DNA of 64,000 bases from Candidatus Multivoradales bacterium (GTDB lineage Bacteria; Acidobacteriota; Thermoanaerobaculia; Multivoradales; JAHEKO01), in the NCBI GenBank assembly GCA_965223155.1, contig CBDCVR010000015.1, positions 96,001-160,000 of the forward strand. Direction: 5' to 3'. Position 1 is the first letter of the stretch. Each line of letters opens with the position of its first letter. A program made the translations under genes and the position numbers. The notes beneath the pieces are model-generated. The model was not told where the DNA came from, did not search any database, and saw only the letters and a program-made list of their open reading frames with translations. Positions 20,805 through 29,470 of this stretch are shown piece by piece.

Positions 20805-21185
20805 ATGAAGCAGGAGACCGCCCACTATCGCCTCGCGCCGGTATCGCCTCTTCCCTCCGCGGATGCAGGCAGTCCACAACTGAACAGGGAAGAGCGCGCT
20901 CGCGAGCTCGACAAATTCTTCAAAGCTCTATCCGACACCACACGACGGCGCATCCTAGAGATCCTCGAAGCCCAGGAGCGGAGCGTCGGCGAAATCGTGG
21001 CCGAGTTCGAGCTCTCGCAGCCAACGATCTCGCGACATCTCTCGGTCCTCAAGGAGGCCCGCCTGGTCGTCGATCGGCGACGCGGACAGCAGGTGCTCTA
21101 CCGCCTGGCGCCCCAAATCTTGGCCCGCTCGGCCGGCAAGTTCTTCACACACTTCGCTTCCTGGCGCGATCTTGTAGGCCACTAG
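20805..21185 (+). CDS. ArsR/SmtB family transcription factor (no Cys)
   Basis: FKALSDTTRRRIL, SQPTISRHLSVLKEARLV, RRGQQVLYRL. Confidence 0.9.
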   Translation: MKQETAHYRLAPVSPLPSADAGSPQLNREERARELDKFFKALSDTTRRRILEILEAQERSVGEIVAEFELSQPTISRHLSVLKEARLVVDRRRGQQVLYRLAPQILARSAGKFFTHFASWRDLVGH

Positions 21186-21302
21186 GAGCCCGTAGAGGGC
21201 TTGTGTCCCGAGCCTTCGCGGATGCTTGCAGGCGGTGCGGTTGGCGCCCCCGGAGCCGCCGCCGCGCGTATATACTTCGGCGTCCCGCCTGCGCGGGCTA
21301 AC

Positions 21303-21379
21303 GGCGGTGTAGCTCAGGTGGTTAGAGCGAACGGCTCATAACCGTTAGGTCAGGGGTTCAAGTCCCTTCACCGCCACCA
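21303..21379 (+). tRNA. tRNA with CAT anticodon (elongator Met, or Ile2; not initiator)
   Basis: G1-C72 paired GGCGGTG acceptor stem, AACGG-CTCATAA-CCGTT arm, encoded CCA; TATACT at 21271-21276. Confidence 0.95.
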
Positions 21380-21395
21380 TTCGAAGTCTCCGGCT

Positions 21396-22841
21396 CTGCT
21401 CCCTTCCCTCGTACCTTTCTTTGCGCGCATCGCCCCGCTCGATCGGGGTGACGGCCTCGTCGTAGCCTTCTCGGGGGGCGTCGATTCGACCGCGCTCCTG
21501 CTTCTGCTCGGGGATCTCGCCCGCGCCCGGGATCTGCGCCTCCTGGCCGTCCACGTGGATCACGACTCCGACCCGGGATCGGCCGAGCGGGCGGCCGCGG
21601 CCGAAGCCATTGCCACCGGTCTCGAGATCCCTTTCCAGACCCGGCGCCGGACAGTGTCCGACCTGCGCCGTTCCGGAGAAAGCTTCGAGATGGCGGCCCG
21701 CCGGATTCGCTACCGCGTGCTCGGGGCCGCCGCCGACACCCACGGCGCACGCTACATCGCGACCGCCCACCATCTGGACGATCAGGCGGAGACGGTTCTC
21801 CTGCGCCTGGCCCGGAATCAGGACTGGCCCGCTCTGGCGGCGATTCCCGAGCGCCGCGGCAGGATCGTTCGCCCGCTTCTCGGGGTCGAGCGCCGGGCGC
21901 TCGAGAGGGTCGTGGCCAAAGCTGGAACCCGGCCGGTCGAGGATCCGGCAAACGAGGACCCCGCGTTCGCCCGCAACCGGGTGCGGTCGCTGCTTCTGCC
22001 GGCACTCGCCGGCGGTTCGAAGGTTCGTTCCGACGAGCCGGTGCGAGAGCTGAACCACGCGCTCGCGGCACTCGCGGCGCGCGCCGCGAGCGCCAGCCGC
22101 AGCCTGGCGCGGAGACTCGAGCGGCGACTCGAACCCCGAGTCGAAGCCGACGGCGTCAGCGTCTCGCTCGCCGCCCTTCGCGACCTGCCCCGACCCCTTC
22201 GCAGGCATGCCCTGGTCTTCTTGGTCCGGCTGGTCTGGCAGGTCCGGCGCGACGGCGCGGGGCATCAGCCTTCGGCGCGCGCTCTCGAGGTCGCCGAACG
22301 CGCGCTCGCGGCCGGCTCCCCTCTGGGCATCGACCTGGGCGGACTTCGGGCCGAGTGTCATCGAGGTCGGTTCTGGATTCGGACGTCAAGCGCGATACCA
22401 GCGATGCCGATGCCCCCTTTCGCTTATACTGTCGAGGCACCGGGCGAGACCGTCCTCGAGGCGGTTTCTCTCGTGTTGAGTGTGCGCCGCGGCGCCGTTC
22501 GGCCCTGGATGTTCCGGGGATCGAAACGTCGCGTCGCCTTCTCGGCTCGAATTCCGGAGGACGGCCGACTGGTCGTCCGCAACCGGAGGCCCGGCGATCG
22601 CATCCAACCGCTCGGAAGCAACTACTCACGCCGCCTCAAGGAGATTTTGATCGACCGCAAGATTCCCCGCGATCAACGAGCGCGCCTGCCTCTCTTGTGC
22701 CTGGGCGATGACATCGTCTGGGTGCCCGGCGTTACCGTCAACGAACGCGTCCGCCTCCGCCGAGACTCGACCGAGGCATGGATCGCCGAGCTTCGGCCGC
22801 TCCACGAGTTCTCCGAGCGCACCTCCTCAACACCCTCATGA
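21396..22841 (+). CDS. tilS: tRNA(Ile)-lysidine synthase; start non-canonical (CTG 21396 proposed)
   Basis: In-frame SGGVDS PP-loop at 21471, upstream of the track start; EMAARRIRY, TAHHLDDQAET, RPLL, RNRVR; C-terminal TilS domain. Confidence 0.9.
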   Translation: MLPSLVPFFARIAPLDRGDGLVVAFSGGVDSTALLLLLGDLARARDLRLLAVHVDHDSDPGSAERAAAAEAIATGLEIPFQTRRRTVSDLRRSGESFEMAARRIRYRVLGAAADTHGARYIATAHHLDDQAETVLLRLARNQDWPALAAIPERRGRIVRPLLGVERRALERVVAKAGTRPVEDPANEDPAFARNRVRSLLLPALAGGSKVRSDEPVRELNHALAALAARAASASRSLARRLERRLEPRVEADGVSVSLAALRDLPRPLRRHALVFLVRLVWQVRRDGAGHQPSARALEVAERALAAGSPLGIDLGGLRAECHRGRFWIRTSSAIPAMPMPPFAYTVEAPGETVLEAVSLVLSVRRGAVRPWMFRGSKRRVAFSARIPEDGRLVVRNRRPGDRIQPLGSNYSRRLKEILIDRKIPRDQRARLPLLCLGDDIVWVPGVTVNERVRLRRDSTEAWIAELRPLHEFSERTSSTPS

Positions 22842-23407
22842 GCTTCCCCGTTCCCAACCACGTCCGGCCCATCTACGACGCGGAGACCATCCACAACCAC
22901 GTAGCGGAGCTCGGTAGCCGTCTCGAAATCGACTATCCGGACGGCTCACCCGTGCTGCTCTCGGTGCTCGGAGGATCGATCGTCTTCTTGGCCGACCTGC
23001 TCCGCGCCATCCAGCGGCCCACCCGTTATGCCACGGTCCAGGTTCTTTTCTCCGAAGACACCGACGACGTCGTGCAGATCAACTTCCCGGTGGAGATCGA
23101 CGTCGAGGGCACCGATCTGCTTGTGGTCAAGGACGTGATCACGACCGGAGTCATCGAAAATTACCTCAAGAGCCAGCTCCTGAGCATGGGCGCCAGGCGT
23201 GTTCGGTTCGTGGCGCTGATCGACCTACCCGAGGAACGCCGCTCCGACTTCAAGGTCGACTACCGCCTCTTCTCGCCGCGCCGTCCGGGCGTCTTCGTCG
23301 GCTACGGGCTCAAGAGCGAAGGCGAGTATGGCAACCTGCCGTACCTCGCGCGAATCGACGAGCCGAACGGAATTTCGGCGCCGGCCTCCGGGTTGGAACC
23401 AGAGTAG
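22838..23407 (+). CDS. hpt: HPRT-fold protein with substituted catalytic residues (probable pseudoenzyme)
   Basis: Collinear with Hpt (FLADL, VGYGL, NLPY) in tilS-hpt-ftsH context; PRPP loop reads VKDVITTG; ATGA overlap with tilS. Confidence 0.8.
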   Translation: MSFPVPNHVRPIYDAETIHNHVAELGSRLEIDYPDGSPVLLSVLGGSIVFLADLLRAIQRPTRYATVQVLFSEDTDDVVQINFPVEIDVEGTDLLVVKDVITTGVIENYLKSQLLSMGARRVRFVALIDLPEERRSDFKVDYRLFSPRRPGVFVGYGLKSEGEYGNLPYLARIDEPNGISAPASGLEPE

Positions 23408-23418
23408 GGACAAGCACC

Positions 23419-25374
<1,956 letters not shown>

Positions 25375-25564
25375 ATCCGTCTTCAGGCGGCTCGAGGCCG
25401 GCTCCAAAAGCCGTACCCGCAAGGTACACTAGGCCCGTGCCCAGCGCCGCGTTGTCTTCGCCCAGCCTTCCCACAGCTCCTGAACGGCCCACGGCACTCC
25501 CGGCGAGGCCCGGCCGTGCTTCCGGCCCGGGCGCAAGTGCGGCGCCGAGCGAGCGGAACGGCAC

Positions 25565-26347
25565 ATGAACCTCGCGTCGTGGATCGATCTCGTCACCCTA
25601 CGGGATCTTCTCGACATCGCGCTCGTAGCCCTCGTCTTCTACAACCTTCTCCTGCTCATCCGCGGCACCCGCGCGGTCCAGATCCTCCTGGGCCTGGTCT
25701 TCGTCGGCGGCATCTACTGGGCCGCCCGTCTGGCGCGCCTGGCCACCCTCGAAACCATCCTGCGCAGCCTGCTGATCTTCGTACCCTTCGCGGTCATCGT
25801 CCTGTTCCAGCATGAGATCCGGCGAGGTTTGGCGAGCTTCGGACGCAACCCCCTGATGACCTTCGGTGCCCATCAACAGACCGAGAACACGATCCACGAG
25901 CTCGTGCTGGCGGCCTCCGCGCTGGCGACCAAACGGATCGGCGCGCTCATTGTCGTCCAGCGACTCGAAGGGCTGCGCAACTACGTCGAGAACGGCATCG
26001 CCATTGACGCCAGGGTCTCCTACGACCTGCTCGTCAATCTCTTCACACCAGGAACCCCCCTGCACGATGGCGCCGCGATCGTGCAAGACGACCGGCTGGC
26101 CGCGGCCGCCTGCTTTCTACCCCTGGCCCTCGACACCGAGCTTTCGACCGAGCTCGGCACCCGCCACCGGGCAGCCGTCGGAATCTCGAACGAGACCGAC
26201 GCCGTCGCCATCGTCGTCTCGGAGGAAACCGGAGGCACCTCGCTGGCGGTGGCCGGGCAGCTCATCAGCGACCTCGATTCCAAGTCCCTGCGCAACCACC
26301 TCTACCGGTATCTCATCACCGAGGCCACGTCGCTCGAGGCCGCCTAG
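25565..26347 (+). CDS. cdaA: Membrane diadenylate cyclase CdaA/DacA
   Basis: N-terminal TMs, LHDGA, GTRHRAA, VSEETG. TACACT -10 candidate near 25425. Confidence 0.95.
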   Translation: MNLASWIDLVTLRDLLDIALVALVFYNLLLLIRGTRAVQILLGLVFVGGIYWAARLARLATLETILRSLLIFVPFAVIVLFQHEIRRGLASFGRNPLMTFGAHQQTENTIHELVLAASALATKRIGALIVVQRLEGLRNYVENGIAIDARVSYDLLVNLFTPGTPLHDGAAIVQDDRLAAAACFLPLALDTELSTELGTRHRAAVGISNETDAVAIVVSEETGGTSLAVAGQLISDLDSKSLRNHLYRYLITEATSLEAA

Positions 26348-26499
26348 CTGCACCAGGTAGACGTCCAGATGATCGCGCAACGAAGTTCCAAGGAACGTAG
26401 GCAAGGCAGGGGGCCGGATCGATGCGGGAGCCGTAGTCTCCGAATTCCGCGGCGAGCATGCCGTATCCCCTGGTCACGTGCGACTTCCAGGAACAGCCA

Positions 26500-27183
26500 G
26501 TGACCGAGCGCAGGAAGATCTGGGCCCTCAGGCTCCTGGCACTGACTCTGGCCTTAGCCTCCTGGGTGTTCATCACCTCCGAGCGCACCGCCACCACGAC
26601 AGAGACCGTCGAAACTACGTTCGAGCCCTCGATCCAGTACAACAACCCCGTCGGCAGCGACTTGATCGTGCTCGAACCGGTGCTCCGAGCCAAAGTCCGG
26701 CTGCGTGGTCCGACCACTCTCGTGAGCTCGATCAACCCGGCTCAGGTCAGCGTCGTCGTGGACCTGCGCGATGCCGAGCAGGGAGTCTTCGAGGCGCCGC
26801 TCGGTCCCACGAACGTCATCCGGCCGGCAGGGCTCGAGGTGCTCTCGGTCGAGCCCAATCTCTTGACCCTGGAGATCGATCGGATCACTACCGAGTTCCG
26901 GCGCGTGGCGCCGCGCCTGGAGGGCGAGCCTGCCGCCGGCGCCATCGCCCGCTCGCCCGAGGTGGTGCCGCCTGAAGTCCTGGTGCGCGGACCCGCGTCG
27001 CTCCTGGCCGGCATCGAGACCCTTTCCACCCGGCCGATCTTGCTCGACGGCCACGCTCTGGACTTCGAGGAGAACGTCGTCGTAGTCTCTCCCAGCCCTC
27101 TCGTTCAGGTCGTGAATCCGGCGGTCGTGCTGGTGCGGGTGCCGCTCGAGATTCCCAACACCGGAGAGGGCGCGGCCCCCTAG
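26500..27183 (+). CDS. cdaR: CdaR/YbbR-domain regulator
   Basis: LLALTLALASW TM followed by YbbR-type repeats (V.LRGP, P.EV.VRGP); located between cdaA and glmM. Confidence 0.85.
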   Translation: MTERRKIWALRLLALTLALASWVFITSERTATTTETVETTFEPSIQYNNPVGSDLIVLEPVLRAKVRLRGPTTLVSSINPAQVSVVVDLRDAEQGVFEAPLGPTNVIRPAGLEVLSVEPNLLTLEIDRITTEFRRVAPRLEGEPAAGAIARSPEVVPPEVLVRGPASLLAGIETLSTRPILLDGHALDFEENVVVVSPSPLVQVVNPAVVLVRVPLEIPNTGEGAAP

Positions 27184-27230
27184 CCGGGGCGCGAACCTCC
27201 TTCCCTTCCCCGCCCTCTCGAAGCGCGACC

Positions 27231-28634
27231 ATGACTCGGCTCTTTGGCACCGATGGCATCCGGGGGCCCGCCGGCGAGCCGCCGCTCGACCGGCGAACCC
27301 TGACCCGTCTGGGCACCGTCCTCGGCGGTCTCCTGCAAGAGAGTCACGACCAGCCCTCGGTCTTGATCGGAGGCGATACGCGAGACTCCACCTCCGCGAT
27401 CGCATCGGCTCTGGCCGCGGGCTTGACCGGCTCGGGAGTCGAGGTTCGCTACGGTGGAGTGCTGCCGACGCCGGCCGTCGCCCGCATGACCGCAGACCTC
27501 GGCTGCTCGGCCGGAATCGCGGTCTCGGCCAGCCACAACCGGCATCCCGACAACGGCGTCAAGCTTCTGGACGCCAGGGGTGGCAAGTGGAGCGAGGCCG
27601 CCGAGCGCAAGCTGGAGGCTCGGTTCCGGAGCTCGGAATCCGCGGTGGCTGGCTCGGAGTCGATCCCTAGTTCGGGACCCGATCTGGACTCGGACTCGAA
27701 CTCCATTCCCTCGACCCTGCAGCCGGAACCGGATCTGGCCTCGCGCTACGTCGAACGAGTCGCCGGCCTGTTTGCCCCGGACGCCCTGGCCGGACTCGAA
27801 CTCGTGCTGGACGCCGCCCACGGAGCGGCCACGCCGGTGGCGAGCCGCCTCTTTGGCCGATTGGGCGCGGCCGTAGATCTCATTGGCGCCGACCCGAACG
27901 GAACCAACATCAACAACGGCCACGGTTCCACCCATCCCGAGGCCGCGGTCCACAGGGTGCTGGAGACCGGCGCCGACCTGGGGTTCGCGTTCGACGGCGA
28001 TGCCGACCGCGCCGTAGCCATCGACGCCCGGGGCACGGTCCACGACGGCGACGCCATCTTGTACGTCCTGGCGACCTGGCTCGAGGGGCGCGGCGCGCTC
28101 ACGCCGCCTCGGATCGTCGTCACTTCGATGAGCAACCTGGGCCTCGAGGTCGCCCTCGAACGGCGCGGAATCGAGGCCGTGCGTTGCGACGTGGGCGACC
28201 GCGCGGTGGTCGAGACCCTGATTCGCGAGGATCTGGCCCTGGGCGGCGAGCAATCGGGACACATCGTCCTTCGAGACCTGACGCCGACCGGAGACGGACT
28301 CCTGACCGCCGCTCTCGTCGCCCGGGTGGTCGCAGAGACCGGCACGCCCCTGGAAAGGCTGACGGAGCCCTTCCAACGCTACCCGCAGATCCTGCGCAAC
28401 GTCCGGGTCGAGGCGAAGCCACCGCTCGAATCCTTGCCCGAAGTCATGGCCGCCGCCCGGGCGGTCGAAGACGCGCTCGGCGCCGACGGTCGTCTCGTGC
28501 TCCGCTATAGCGGTACCGAACCGCTGGCGCGGATCATGATCGAGGGCCCCGAGCAGAGCTTGATCGAGGGCTACGCGGGACGGATCGCGGCGGCGATCGA
28601 ATCCCGGCTGGCGCTCCCCGCAGAGTCCCGATGA
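27231..28634 (+). CDS. glmM: Phosphoglucosamine mutase
   Basis: FGTDGIRG, SASHN, DGDADR, GGEQSGH, RYSGTEP. Confidence 0.96.
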   Translation: MTRLFGTDGIRGPAGEPPLDRRTLTRLGTVLGGLLQESHDQPSVLIGGDTRDSTSAIASALAAGLTGSGVEVRYGGVLPTPAVARMTADLGCSAGIAVSASHNRHPDNGVKLLDARGGKWSEAAERKLEARFRSSESAVAGSESIPSSGPDLDSDSNSIPSTLQPEPDLASRYVERVAGLFAPDALAGLELVLDAAHGAATPVASRLFGRLGAAVDLIGADPNGTNINNGHGSTHPEAAVHRVLETGADLGFAFDGDADRAVAIDARGTVHDGDAILYVLATWLEGRGALTPPRIVVTSMSNLGLEVALERRGIEAVRCDVGDRAVVETLIREDLALGGEQSGHIVLRDLTPTGDGLLTAALVARVVAETGTPLERLTEPFQRYPQILRNVRVEAKPPLESLPEVMAAARAVEDALGADGRLVLRYSGTEPLARIMIEGPEQSLIEGYAGRIAAAIESRLALPAESR

Positions 28635-29377
28635 CCAGGCTCTCGGTCAACGTCGACCACGTGGCGACACTACGTCAGGCCCGCGGTCACGTGGACTATC
28701 CGAGCCCTGTCGAGGCGGCCCAGCTCGCGGAAGGGGCTGGGGCCGCCGGAATTACCGTCCACCTCCGCTCGGACCGCCGCCACATTCAGGATTCCGACGT
28801 CGAGGCTCTTCGGGACACCGTCCGCGGCAAGCTGAATCTCGAGATGGCGGCGGTCGAACCGATGCTCGACTTCGCGCTCCGGATACGTCCGGATCAGGTC
28901 ACCCTGGTTCCCGAGCGCCCAGGCGAGATCACCACCGAGGGGGGACTGGATCTGGCCGTCTGCCAAGAAGACGTGGGCCAGGCGGCGCAACGGCTGGCCG
29001 GCGCCGGCACTGCCGTTTCCCTGTTCTTGGATCCCGATCCCGAACAGCTCGAGCGGGCGGCCGAACTGTCGGGATCGGTGTCGGGCTTCGAGCTCAATAC
29101 CGACCGCTACACCCGCGCTCGGGACGGCGCCGATGAGCTCGCCCGCCTGCGGGACTGCTCGGCTCGGGGCGCCGATCTGGGGCTCGAGGTTTACGCCGGC
29201 CACGGCCTGACCACCGGCAACGTAGGGCCGGTAGCGGCGCTTACCCAGGTCGAGGAGCTCAACATCGGCCACGCCATCGTCTGCCGCGCCGTGCTGGTCG
29301 GCATGCACGCGGCGGTGGCAGAGATGGCGGCCGCGATCGAGCACGGCTCGTCCGCCGGACATTCCGGCGGCGCCTAG
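28631..29377 (+). CDS. pdxJ: Pyridoxine 5'-phosphate synthase
   Basis: LSVNVDHVATLRQAR, HLRSDRRHIQ, TTEGG, AGHGL, ELNIGH. Confidence 0.96.
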   Translation: MTRLSVNVDHVATLRQARGHVDYPSPVEAAQLAEGAGAAGITVHLRSDRRHIQDSDVEALRDTVRGKLNLEMAAVEPMLDFALRIRPDQVTLVPERPGEITTEGGLDLAVCQEDVGQAAQRLAGAGTAVSLFLDPDPEQLERAAELSGSVSGFELNTDRYTRARDGADELARLRDCSARGADLGLEVYAGHGLTTGNVGPVAALTQVEELNIGHAIVCRAVLVGMHAAVAEMAAAIEHGSSAGHSGGA

Positions 29378-29470
29378 CTCGGCGCGGATTTCGGGCACGT
29401 CAGCTCAGGGCCTCTCAGATCGGTACCGGCCGGCTTCCCGAGACGCCTCCGGTACCCGCTCCGATGCCAA

